From: Gammaproteobacteria bacterium | GTDB taxonomy: Bacteria; Pseudomonadota; Gammaproteobacteria; Eutrophobiales; Eutrophobiaceae | Length of the DNA stretch: 64,000 nucleotides | Assembly: GCA_016179185.1 (NCBI GenBank) | Contig: JACORW010000018.1 | Coordinates: forward strand, 5,227 to 69,226 | Reading direction: 5' to 3' | In this document: piece after piece, positions 36,916 to 46,376 of the stretch | How the letters are laid out: every line of letters begins with the position of its first letter | Position numbering within the stretch: the first letter of the stretch is position 1 | Translations under genes and position numbers: made by a program | The notes under the pieces: generated by a model | Databases searched by the model: none | What the model saw: the letters and a program-made list of their open reading frames with translations, nothing else | Told to the model about the DNA's origin: nothing

Positions 36916-37092
36916 ATAACGGGACGGTGTGCCGGATATTCGGGATGGTAGCGGAGATTTGCCCGAGGCGAGAGATAAAAGCCCGAGCATGGGCTTTTGC
37001 GTCTACCCGCCAATCAATGCCTGGATGTCCCCCGGTGAATGAATGGGGTTGAATTGCATACACATTGTTCATTGTGTAATATGTATGACACA

Positions 37093-37329
37093 ATGCATCG
37101 CGCCCAGATACTGCTTGATGATTGGCAATATGCCGCGCTCAAGGCGCGCGCGCAGCGCGAAGGACGCAGCATGTCTGAAATGCTGCGCGAACTCCTGGCG
37201 ACGCAGCTTGGGCGGCCGGACGCGGCCGGCAGCGGACTTTCGGCCATCGAAGGAATAGGTGAAGATCGCGCAGCCTGTGGACGGGATCACGACCGTTTTC
37301 TCTATGGCAAGGTGTCCCGGCGCCGATGA
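37093..37329 (+). CDS. RHH/CopG-type antitoxin (VapB-like)
   Basis: RAQILLDD..YAALKARAQREGRSMSEMLRELL; overlaps the toxin start; inverted repeats at 37059-37095. Confidence 0.82.
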   Translation: MHRAQILLDDWQYAALKARAQREGRSMSEMLRELLATQLGRPDAAGSGLSAIEGIGEDRAACGRDHDRFLYGKVSRRR

Positions 37330-37730
37330 AGCGGCTGTTCGTGGACACGAGCGCCTGGTTTGCGTACGCCAATCGCGCTGATCGTGAACACCGAAAAATC
37401 AAGGATATCCTTGCTTCGTTCGACGGGCGTCTGGTGACTTCCAATTTTGTCGTGGATGAGACCGTTACGCTGTTCATGTACCGGCTTGGTCACCGGGCCG
37501 CTGTTTCATTCGGCGAAGCGTTGTTCAGAAGCCGCACGGTCGATCTGGTCCGATTGACTCCGGAAGACGAGCAGGCAGCGTGGCTGGTGTTTGCCGGGCG
37601 CCAGGACAAGAAGTACAGCTTTACGGACTGCACATCGTTTGCGCTGATGCGGCGACTCGGCCTTACAACGGCGCTCGCGCTGGATGACGATTTTGCGCAG
37701 GAGGGGTTTGAAGTTCTTCCGGCAAAATAA
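37326..37730 (+). CDS. vapC: PIN-domain toxin
   Basis: FVDTSAW, VVDET, SFTDCTSF and ALDDDF acidic PIN residues. Confidence 0.9.
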   Translation: MKRLFVDTSAWFAYANRADREHRKIKDILASFDGRLVTSNFVVDETVTLFMYRLGHRAAVSFGEALFRSRTVDLVRLTPEDEQAAWLVFAGRQDKKYSFTDCTSFALMRRLGLTTALALDDDFAQEGFEVLPAK

Positions 37731-37839
37731 GCAACCCGCCGGCGGTCAGGTTATTGTCGTTCGCGCGAAGATTCGGGACATCCAACGAATTGCACTGGCG
37801 CCACGCGTGATCGCGTGGCCGCGGATCCAGCGTGAACCG

Positions 37840-38055
37840 TCAGCGCTTGTCGCCGTACTTGAACGAGACCTTGACCCTGGCGCGATAGGCCTTGATCTTG
37901 CCGTTCTCGATCTGCATGTCGAGCTCCGACACTTCCGCGATGCGCAGGTCGCGCAGCGACTTTGCGGCCTTGTTTATCGCTGCGGCTGCGGCCTTTTCCC
38001 ACGATTCCTTGCTGGTGCCTATGAGTTCGATGACTTTGTATACGCTGTCCGCCAT
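37840..38055 (-). CDS. Dodecin family protein
   Basis: SVYKVIELIGTS..SWEKA...YRARVKVSFK. Confidence 0.92.
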   Translation of the reverse strand: MADSVYKVIELIGTSKESWEKAAAAAINKAAKSLRDLRIAEVSELDMQIENGKIKAYRARVKVSFKYGDKR

Positions 38056-38386
38056 GACTGCCTCCTGACTGGTTGTTTAGCCGTGTTCCTGCCACGGCGC
38101 GCGCCGCGGCCGCAACTGCAAAGTTGCCCTGACGCACCCTGCCGCACGTTGCTTATATGCCGCTGCTGACGGCGTTGCAAGCGCCTTCCCTGAGGCCGGT
38201 GCGATTCTCTCCATCCGGAACACCTGAACTGTCTTTAAATCGCCAACCCGCCACGGCAACCGGCTTTATTCGGGTTGCCAATGAGTGCGCGTCCGGGTTT
38301 CGTAGATTGCGCTATTATCAACGATGGTCGCAGGCACATCCGGCTGAATTGGCGGGGATTGCTCCGCGCACCAGGCAAGGTGAACG

Positions 38387-40294
38387 ATGTGCGGTATAAG
38401 TGGTTATCTGGCTCTCGAATCCGGTGCTCTGCCTGATGTATTGAGTGTGCGGCGCATGAATCGCGCGCTCGCGCATCGCGGGCCGGACGCGGACGGCACG
38501 TGGAATCACGGCCCCTGCGCGCTTGGCCACAGGCGGCTCTCGATCATTGATTTGAGACCGGAAGCGAATCAGCCGTTCCTGAACGAAGATAACACTCTGG
38601 TACTGGTGGCGAACGGCGAAATCTATAACTTCAACGATCTGCGCGCGGAGCTCGTGCAGAAAGGCCACCGCTTCCGTTCGGACAGCGACAACGAAGTAAT
38701 CCTGCACCTCTACGAGGAACTCGGCCCGGCCTGTGTGGCGCGGCTTCGCGGCATGTTTGCGTTTGCGGTTTACGACTGCAAACGGCAACAGTTGCTGCTT
38801 GCGCGTGATCGTGCCGGCAAGAAGCCGCTATTTTATCGGCGGCTGCGCGCGGGTTTTGCCTTCGCTTCGGAAGTGCAGGCGTTGATCTCCGCCTTTCCCC
38901 GGGAACCCCCGGTCGTGGACTATGCGGCCCTCGACGAGTTTCTGACGCTGCAGTACGTGCCTTCGCCGCGGAGCGCGTACAAGAACATCTGGAAGCTGCC
39001 GGCGGCCCACTATGCGCTGCTTACGCCCGGCAGGGAACCGCAAATCGTTCGCTATTGGGAGAAACCGCGCGGCGAGACCATGACCGGCTCCGAGCCGGAG
39101 CTTGCGCTGGAACTCCAGCGGCTGTTGCGCGAGGCAGTGCGACGGCGCCTGACGTCCGACGTGCCGCTCGGGGCATTTTTGTCAGGGGGTATGGACAGCT
39201 CCAGCGTGGTGGCGCTGATGGCGGCTACGAGCAACCGGCCAATAAAGACATTCTCGATCGGGTTTTCGGATGCGGACAACAGCGACCTTGTTCATGCACG
39301 CCTCGTCGCCCGGCGCTATGCGACTGAACATCACGAAATGATGGTGAGCCCCTCCATGGCGGACGTGGTGCCCGAGATCGTGCGGCACCACGGCGAGCCC
39401 TTCGCCGACAGCTCGGCAGTGGCGACCTGGTACCTGTCGAAAATGACCCGCGCGCATGTGACGGTGGCGCTTTCTGGCGATGGCGGGGACGAAAACTTCG
39501 CGGGCTACAAGCGTTATTGGCTGGCGCGGCTGGGGCACGCCTATGATCGCATACCCGCCCCTTTGCGCGCGCCGTACCAACATGCCCTGCGCGCTGTCGG
39601 CCGCCTGTTTGCCCCGCGCCTGGGGAACTTCGCCAGGGCGCTGTCGCAGGGTGAAGCGCGGCGTTACCTGATTTTGGCCGGCCAATTTTCCGATGCCGAC
39701 AAACGCGGGCTCTACCTGGAGCCGTTGCGAGAATTTCACTCGGCTGCGACCCTGGAACGATTTGAGCGGGTGCTTTCGGAGGGCAGTGCAACGTCTGCGA
39801 TGGGGAGGCTCGCTGATCTCGACTGGCAGACCTACCTGGTGGACGACATCAATGTGAAAGTTGACATCACGGCAATGGCGCATTCCCTGGAAGTGCGCTG
39901 TCCGTTTCTCGACACGGACGTTGTCGAGTTCGCTGCGCGCCTGCCGTCACGATTCCTGATGCGCTGGCGCGGCAAGTATCTGCTGCGACGCGCTATGAGG
40001 GCTTTGGTGCCGGCGCGCATCATCTACCGCAGGAAGCGCGGGTTTGGGCTGCCGCTCAAGCGCTGGATGCGCCGGGATTTGCGGCAAATGATTGAAGACG
40101 TGTTGCTTGACAAGACCGCGCGCGAACGCGAACTCTTTCGCCCGAGCTACATCGAGGGTCTGGTGCGATCGCTGAATACTCCGTCACCGGAGGTGGATCG
40201 ACTCTGGACTTTACTCGTACTCGAGCTGTGGTTTCGTGAATTCATCGATCACGGGAGCGCACAGGCCGCGAGCGAACTGCGGACAGCCGGCTGA
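38387..40294 (+). CDS. asnB: Asparagine synthase (glutamine-hydrolysing) family amidotransferase
   Basis: MCGI N-terminal nucleophile, HRGPD, NGEIYN, LSGGMDSS and SGDGGDE. Confidence 0.93.
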   Translation: MCGISGYLALESGALPDVLSVRRMNRALAHRGPDADGTWNHGPCALGHRRLSIIDLRPEANQPFLNEDNTLVLVANGEIYNFNDLRAELVQKGHRFRSDSDNEVILHLYEELGPACVARLRGMFAFAVYDCKRQQLLLARDRAGKKPLFYRRLRAGFAFASEVQALISAFPREPPVVDYAALDEFLTLQYVPSPRSAYKNIWKLPAAHYALLTPGREPQIVRYWEKPRGETMTGSEPELALELQRLLREAVRRRLTSDVPLGAFLSGGMDSSSVVALMAATSNRPIKTFSIGFSDADNSDLVHARLVARRYATEHHEMMVSPSMADVVPEIVRHHGEPFADSSAVATWYLSKMTRAHVTVALSGDGGDENFAGYKRYWLARLGHAYDRIPAPLRAPYQHALRAVGRLFAPRLGNFARALSQGEARRYLILAGQFSDADKRGLYLEPLREFHSAATLERFERVLSEGSATSAMGRLADLDWQTYLVDDINVKVDITAMAHSLEVRCPFLDTDVVEFAARLPSRFLMRWRGKYLLRRAMRALVPARIIYRRKRGFGLPLKRWMRRDLRQMIEDVLLDKTARERELFRPSYIEGLVRSLNTPSPEVDRLWTLLVLELWFREFIDHGSAQAASELRTAG

Positions 40295-40480
40295 AGCCGG
40301 ATTTCGCGCGCAGGCGCAGGGTAAGGCGCGCCAGGGGTGTCCCTGCCGACGCACGGGTTTCTTGAGCACCGGTGGTCGTCGTTCCCGCCGGCCGGGAAGA
40401 GAACCTCCCGATCGGCGTGCAGATCGCCGCGCAACCCAGGCAGGAGCATGTGGCCCTGGCCGCACCGGAGAAATCGCGGA

Positions 40481-41170
40481 TCATTCCGGTTCTTTCACTT
40501 GACTCGTGCGACGCCCTCCCCAGAAGAAGCCCAGTACGACGAATACGACGATCACCGCAACGACCGCGATTCCGCCATAGGGACTCACGGCTTCCACGCG
40601 CTCGTGCAGTTCCTTGAGCAGGATGGCCCAGGCCACGCACGCCATGTACGTACCGCCAAGGACGACCGCCATGTTGACCCAGGGACGCAGTCCCAGCAGG
40701 AAGCCGATCACCGAGCCGACGACGGGGCCGGTGCCCCAGAATGGAAACAGCACGATGAGAAATATTCCGGGGATGCCCCAGCGGTGGATCACGCGGCGCC
40801 GGGATTCCGCAGCACGATAGACTCGCTCCATGAATTCGCGCAGGGTCGCGGAAACCAGCAGCCGGCGCAGGGTAAATACGAACAGCGGGTAGACGAGCAT
40901 CACAATAATGGTTTCGATAATGATGTTGGCGGAAAATACGAGGCCGTGGCCGTAGCCCAGCGAATAACCGTAGGACATCCCGGCCGCGCGACCGAACAGC
41001 ACGTGTGCCGCGGTCATTCCGACCAGTGCCTGAAACGTCCCGGTGGCATGAAACCAGCTGATCGCAATCCCGGCACCGTACAGGAACCCGATCCCCACGG
41101 CGGTCAGGAGGATGTGCCCTTCCGGCGTCGCAAACTTGCCGGAGCTCAGCTTCTGGGTAAGTCCTGTCAG
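40481..41170 (-). CDS. Small multi-drug export family membrane protein (start uncertain)
   Basis: FGRAAGMSYGY and FPFWGTGPVVG motifs; frame stays open upstream of GTG 41098 as far as the TAG at 41177-41179. Confidence 0.7.
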   Translation of the reverse strand: MTGLTQKLSSGKFATPEGHILLTAVGIGFLYGAGIAISWFHATGTFQALVGMTAAHVLFGRAAGMSYGYSLGYGHGLVFSANIIIETIIVMLVYPLFVFTLRRLLVSATLREFMERVYRAAESRRRVIHRWGIPGIFLIVLFPFWGTGPVVGSVIGFLLGLRPWVNMAVVLGGTYMACVAWAILLKELHERVEAVSPYGGIAVVAVIVVFVVLGFFWGGRRTSQVKEPE

Positions 41171-41176
41171 AAACCC

Positions 41177-41605
41177 CTAGCCCGCGATATAGGATTCGAG
41201 TTGTTTGATCACGAATTCCTTTTCGGCCAGGATCGACTTGACCAGATCACCGATCGAAACAATGCCGATGATTCGTCCCGCGTCGCGGATCGGCAGATGT
41301 CGGATGCGCTTCTCCGTCATCAGCGCCATGGCAACGTCAATGCTGTGGTCCGGCCCCACGCAGTATACCTGCGCCGTCATGATGTCGCGCACCGGCGTGT
41401 CCTTCGAGGAACGTCCCTGCAGTATGACCTTGCGCGCGTAATCGCGCTCGGAAACGATGCCGGCGAGTTTGTCCCCGTCAATCACGGGCAAGGCGCCGAC
41501 GCCCTTCTCGGCCATCAGCCTGATGGCGTCGAAGACCACGTCGTCCGGGCCGATGGACCAGACGTCATTCCCCTTGGACTCCAAGACCGTCTTCATCGTC
41601 GCCAT
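41177..41605 (-). CDS. CBS-pair domain protein
   Basis: MAEKGVGALPV, GIVSERDY, IRHLPI and GIVSIGDLVK; GGGAGG RBS. Confidence 0.92.
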   Translation of the reverse strand: MATMKTVLESKGNDVWSIGPDDVVFDAIRLMAEKGVGALPVIDGDKLAGIVSERDYARKVILQGRSSKDTPVRDIMTAQVYCVGPDHSIDVAMALMTEKRIRHLPIRDAGRIIGIVSIGDLVKSILAEKEFVIKQLESYIAG

Positions 41606-41837
41606 GGTGGGCCTCCCGTTGGATGAAATGTCCCAAAGTTCAATAATAGTCGCTGCGGCGACCACTGTATCGATCCGGCGGCACAACGTGTATGGCTCCC
41701 GGCGGGGGGAGCGCCCACGCCACTGGCGCAGGCGTGGACGTATCTCCTGTGGTCGGTCGCTGGATAGTGTCGCGCGCGGCTCAAACGAGCCGTAGAGCGT
41801 GATGAATGTCTGAAGGGCTGGGACGTCGGGTACGGGC

Positions 41838-42710
41838 TCAAGCCCGCCAGGGATCGCCGTCACGGCGAACAGGTTTCCGGAGTGTGGGTCTGCCGCGCTG
41901 TAATTTGCCGATGCCATAACCCTGTACCTGTGCGGCGCTGGTGACGATGACGAATTTCAGGTACCAGCCGCCGATCAGGGCCAGTATGGCCGCGAGTTCC
42001 AGCAGCGCCGCGCGCCAGAACAGCGCCGCCACCAGCCCGATCACGACCGGCAGGGCATTGCCGACGAGCAAGAACGGCACGCGCAATGACGCGATGCGAT
42101 TCAATGTTGCGGCCGACGCCTGCGCCCGTTCCAGCGCGGCGCGATAATGAAAAAAGGCCCAACTGCGCAATACCAGCGCAATGACAAGCGCATTCAGAAG
42201 GCTGGCAGTCGGCCCGCCGAAATAACCAAACAACAACATCAGCAGCGCGACACCTTCCGCGAGCCCGGTGCTGACGATCAGCGGCACGACGGCGGGCTCG
42301 CGCCACGCCGGTATGCCCCGGGACCCATGCAGAATGCGTCCCTGGCAGAACAGGAACAACGCGCCCAGCGCGCCGGCGACCATAAACAGCGCGCCATTGC
42401 CGATCCATATTGCGGCAAGCGTCAGCGGGAACAGGACCGTGGCCACGGCAGCCTCGCGGCTCATCCAGGAAGTTTGCGGGTGGAAAAACACGTTCAGTGC
42501 CCGCCACGGCCGTCCAATCTCCAGCCAGACCAGCAGCAGTCCCAGTCCAACCAGCGCCAGCGCCGTAAGCCCGACGGGCAGGGAAGGAGACCGCCCCATT
42601 TCGGCCAGTGCTATCACGGCGAGCAGCGCGCCCCCCGCGCCCCCGAAGACAAAGTTGCCGGCCGCGCGCCAGTCCCAGTTGGTCTGCAGGTAGGAACCGA
42701 AGCGGATCAT
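41838..42710 (-). CDS. DmsC/NrfD-type membrane anchor (PadD-like)
   Basis: QTNWDWRAAGNF and EIGRPWRALNVFFHPQTSWMSRE; multiple TM helices. Confidence 0.82.
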   Translation of the reverse strand: MIRFGSYLQTNWDWRAAGNFVFGGAGGALLAVIALAEMGRSPSLPVGLTALALVGLGLLLVWLEIGRPWRALNVFFHPQTSWMSREAAVATVLFPLTLAAIWIGNGALFMVAGALGALFLFCQGRILHGSRGIPAWREPAVVPLIVSTGLAEGVALLMLLFGYFGGPTASLLNALVIALVLRSWAFFHYRAALERAQASAATLNRIASLRVPFLLVGNALPVVIGLVAALFWRAALLELAAILALIGGWYLKFVIVTSAAQVQGYGIGKLQRGRPTLRKPVRRDGDPWRA

Positions 42711-43357
42711 GGCGCCTTGTTCCACAGGTAAAAGAAGCCGGGCTCCGTGCCCAGCTCCGCGTGCATCTGGAACCAGGTGTTCTCGGCCAGCAGCTCCGAC
42801 ACGTTACTGTGTTCGTCCTCGATATCGCCGAAATGCAGCGCATTGGCGATGCAGGAATTGACGCAGGCCGGCGTCGCATCTGGGTCCACGCCGGGTTTCA
42901 GGCCCTGTTCCAGCCCGGCATCCACGCGGTCGGAACAAAACGTGCACTTCTGCGCGACGCCGATGCGGCGCTCGTCGAAGCACTCCGCCTCGTTCTTCAT
43001 CGGCTGATCGCCGTAGGCGAAGGAGGGTTTATCCACCTTGTAGCGCGCCTGGTACGGGCAGGCCACAGCGCAGTAGGCGCAGCCGATGCAGAGATCATAA
43101 TCAATGGTGACGATGCCGTCGGCGCGCTGGCCGGTGGCCGTGCTCGGGCAGACGTGCATGCACGGCGGATCCGAGCAATGCTGGCATCCCACCGGCATGA
43201 AGAACCGGCTCACCTCCGGGTAATCGCCCACTTCCACGTCCAGCACCTTGCGCCATTGCACGCCGGGCGGCGTCGCGTTGGTGAGCTTGCAGGCGGCCGT
43301 GCAGGTCTGGCAACCGACGCAGCGGTTCAGATCGGCGATCATCACGTAGCGCGTCAT
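42707..43357 (-). CDS. 4x[4Fe-4S] electron-transfer subunit (DmsB/PadC-like)
   Basis: CVGCQTC, CQHCSDPPC, CIGCAYC and KCTFC...PACVNSC. Confidence 0.92.
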   Translation of the reverse strand: MTRYVMIADLNRCVGCQTCTAACKLTNATPPGVQWRKVLDVEVGDYPEVSRFFMPVGCQHCSDPPCMHVCPSTATGQRADGIVTIDYDLCIGCAYCAVACPYQARYKVDKPSFAYGDQPMKNEAECFDERRIGVAQKCTFCSDRVDAGLEQGLKPGVDPDATPACVNSCIANALHFGDIEDEHSNVSELLAENTWFQMHAELGTEPGFFYLWNKAP

Positions 43358-46098
43358 GCTGCCTCCGCGATGCGCCGCACGCTGACCTTGGTGGCTTCTA
43401 TGCTGGAGCCGGACGCGTCGAGGAAATCCGGATGCATGGGTACGAGATCACTGAGACCCGGCACATCGAGGTCCTTGGCGAACGGCGTCTTCCAGTGGCC
43501 AAACTGCGCCACCATGACGATCACGTCCGGCCGTACACCGCCGCGCAACCGGGCGCGGCCGCGGGTCCTGCCCACGGGCGAGGCGACTTCAATCCGATCG
43601 CCTTCGCCGATGCCCAGCTCCCGCGCCGCTTTTGCGTTGATCAGTATGCCGTCATGGCCGGCGACATTGCTGGCCACTTCGTTGATCATCTGGATGCCCA
43701 CGTTCCCGCCCCAGGCATACTGCATGCTGCGCGCGCCCAGCAGCCAGAACGGCAGGTCCTTTGCCTTCACCTGATAATTCTTTTCCAGCAGCGCATCCCA
43801 GAGCTGATTGAGATCCTTCCACTCCGGCATGGCCTCGTACTCCCGCAATTGCCGCTCCCACCAGTCCACCCCGGTCTCGTGGAGGCGATTGGCGAGCTGC
43901 CTGCCGACCCGCAGAATGCGTTCCTGGTATGGCAATTCGAAGCGCAGCCCCAGCTCCTCCAGTTTCGGATACAGGTACCAGTTGACGGACGAGAACGGGC
44001 GGATCTGGAAACCGTGTTCACGGAACCAGCCCAGCCCGTGCACGTCCCTGCCGCCGGTCAGGTCCGCGCTGGCCGCCATGCAGACGCGGTCCCAGATCAC
44101 GTCCGGATCGTGCACCTGCGCTTCATCCACGGAATAGTCATACCCCGGCGTCTTCAGCGGGATGCCGCAGGCGCCGACATTGATCATCTGGTTGTACTCT
44201 TTCAGGATGCCGATGCGGCGCGCGAGCTCATTGCAAATCCAGGAGAAATCCCGCGCGTCACCCTGGGGCGGCACCACGCGCTGGCGCAGCGCCCAGCCTT
44301 CCGCCTCCCACTGCTGTTCGAAGTAGTGTGTCCCGCCGATGCGGATCAGCTGATCGCTTTCGAGATCCATCGCCTCCGGCAGGATCAGATCGGCAAAGTG
44401 ATTTGTTTCATCCAGGGTGTAGCCGAAGGCGACCATGAACGGGAATTCCGCCATGGTTTGACCCAGGCGGCTCGTTTCCGAGAACGAAATGGACGGATTG
44501 CACTTGTACACGAACCAGACATCGGGCGGCTTCGGCTTGGGCCAGGTGCAGGCGGCGCGGCCCTGCATGCGCATCCAGGTGAGGGTGGACGCGCCCAGGA
44601 ACGGCGCGTAAAAACCGCTGCCGACCAGCGGCGTCAGCATCTTGTAGGCATGGCGCATCTCGCGCTGTTCTTTCCATGCGCCTTTTTCGGTGGGATTGAG
44701 CGGGAAGTGCATGAAACCATCGGGGCCGGCGGAAACACTGGCCATCCGATCCCAGTCCGGGCCCACAATCAATGATGTGGCGCCCAGCAGGCCGCCCGGC
44801 ACTTCCAGCGCGCCGACCAGGATCTGCATCACGGTTCGCGCCCACACGCATTCATAGGCACCCCAGCCGTTGTTCACGGATTTGCCCAGCACCACCGCCA
44901 CCGGCCGGAGCGGCAGCGTGCGGCCTTGCACGGTGGAGGTGGCGCCAATCTTTGCCGCGGCCAGGAATTCATTGGCGATGCGGCGGATGGTGGCGGCAGA
45001 CACGTCGGAGATGGGTGCGGCCCATTCCGGGGTGCAGCGCGCAACGTGGTGTTTCAGCAATTCATGGGCCGTGCGCGCCTCCACGTTGCGATGTTCCCAG
45101 CGCTGATCGTCGGCGCCCACCTCGATGGCGGCCTCGACCCGCTGTTTTCCCTCCAGCGCGGGGTCCGTCCCCGGCGTATCGAAGGGCACGGCACGGTTCG
45201 ATCGCAGATCCCACAGCAGCGGTTTCCGCGTGGCCGGATCGCGCAGGTAATAGCCATTGGGGCCCACGAGATAGGGTGTAGCCGTGCGCTGCTTGAGGAA
45301 CGGCACATCCAGTTCCGTGATCGGGTGTTCGTGCACCAGCACGTGGATCATCGCGAACAGCACGGCGCCATCGGTCTTGGGTCTGATCGGCACCCATTCC
45401 GAGGCCTTGGCGCCGGTCACCGACAGGTGCGGCTCGAACTGGATGCGCTTCCAGCCCCGCGCCCGGGCATCGGCCTGGCGGTAGACAGCGGTGACACCGC
45501 CGGAGGCGTCAATGTTGTTGCCGAAGGAAATGACATATTCGCAGCGCGGCGTGTCCGGCAGCACCGTGAACGCGCGGTGCCACAGTTCCCCGAAAATATG
45601 CTCGGAGTGGTAGCACTTCACCGTGCCGCCGGCACCGAGGCTCAGGTCCATGGGGCCCCAGGCACCGAGAAACGCGCCCAGCGTGCCGGCATAGAACATC
45701 GGCGTACCGGCGCCGCCGGTGGTGAACGCGAAACGCGGGTCGCCGTTCTGGTCCATGAGGCCGGTTTCGCGGATGTGGCGGAGCTTGCCGGCGACCAGGT
45801 CCAGCGCCTCGTCCCAGGAGATTTCCTGCCAGCCCGGGTCTTCATCGCGGCCCTTCCTGGGATTGGTGCGCCGCAAGGGCTTCAACAAGCGGTTCGGGTT
45901 ATAGAGCTTCTGCACCAGTCCGTAGGGTTTGACGCACACCTTGCCCTCGGCGGGGTGATAGCCCTTGGCGTTGAAATTGGGCTCCACTTTCGTGGCGACG
46001 CCGTTTTGCACCTCGACCATCAGCAGGTCGGGGCCGTTTACGCACTGGTAACAGAACGTGGAAACCTTTTTTATCTCGGGCTTGGTCTGGGCGTGCAT
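43354..46098 (-). CDS. Mo-bisPGD oxidoreductase large subunit (phenylacetyl-CoA:acceptor oxidoreductase PadB-like)
   Basis: TFCYQCVNGPDL, KVCVKP, VKCYHSEH, C-terminal molybdopterin-binding domain; no Tat signal. Confidence 0.82.
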   Translation of the reverse strand: MHAQTKPEIKKVSTFCYQCVNGPDLLMVEVQNGVATKVEPNFNAKGYHPAEGKVCVKPYGLVQKLYNPNRLLKPLRRTNPRKGRDEDPGWQEISWDEALDLVAGKLRHIRETGLMDQNGDPRFAFTTGGAGTPMFYAGTLGAFLGAWGPMDLSLGAGGTVKCYHSEHIFGELWHRAFTVLPDTPRCEYVISFGNNIDASGGVTAVYRQADARARGWKRIQFEPHLSVTGAKASEWVPIRPKTDGAVLFAMIHVLVHEHPITELDVPFLKQRTATPYLVGPNGYYLRDPATRKPLLWDLRSNRAVPFDTPGTDPALEGKQRVEAAIEVGADDQRWEHRNVEARTAHELLKHHVARCTPEWAAPISDVSAATIRRIANEFLAAAKIGATSTVQGRTLPLRPVAVVLGKSVNNGWGAYECVWARTVMQILVGALEVPGGLLGATSLIVGPDWDRMASVSAGPDGFMHFPLNPTEKGAWKEQREMRHAYKMLTPLVGSGFYAPFLGASTLTWMRMQGRAACTWPKPKPPDVWFVYKCNPSISFSETSRLGQTMAEFPFMVAFGYTLDETNHFADLILPEAMDLESDQLIRIGGTHYFEQQWEAEGWALRQRVVPPQGDARDFSWICNELARRIGILKEYNQMINVGACGIPLKTPGYDYSVDEAQVHDPDVIWDRVCMAASADLTGGRDVHGLGWFREHGFQIRPFSSVNWYLYPKLEELGLRFELPYQERILRVGRQLANRLHETGVDWWERQLREYEAMPEWKDLNQLWDALLEKNYQVKAKDLPFWLLGARSMQYAWGGNVGIQMINEVASNVAGHDGILINAKAARELGIGEGDRIEVASPVGRTRGRARLRGGVRPDVIVMVAQFGHWKTPFAKDLDVPGLSDLVPMHPDFLDASGSSIEATKVSVRRIAEAA

Positions 46099-46244
46099 GC
46101 GGGCGACCCTCTCTGCAAACATTTTGATCTCGTGCTTGGATTACAGTCTCAATCCACGGGGATGTCCACCGCGGAAGGGCCAGTCCCGTTACCCGACAAC
46201 CGGGGTATATCTATCTGTGGCATGAGCGCAACAAGTTGTAAACT

Positions 46245-46287
46245 ATTTGCACGTCAAGTTTGAAGCGAATAATATTGACGTGTAAAT
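46245..46287. promoter_or_regulatory. Inverted operator pair in the divergent padB-like/TonB receptor promoter
   Basis: ATTTGCACGTCAA (46245-46257) and TTGACGTGTAAAT (46275-46287). Confidence 0.6.
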
Positions 46288-46376
46288 TTTGCGCGGAAGA
46301 TTGATAAAAAGTCCAGTAACTTTCAATCCCACAAAAGCGGCGTTGAATCCATCAAGACTTTGGGGGGTACAGCACC

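Noticed and set aside
38387-40294. Lasso peptide cyclase interpretation of asnB
   Set aside because: It has an intact N-terminal Cys glutaminase domain, and no precursor or B protein lies nearby
41620-41830. Structured RNA upstream of the CBS gene
   Set aside because: A few short GC stems are expected by chance, and no family was recognised
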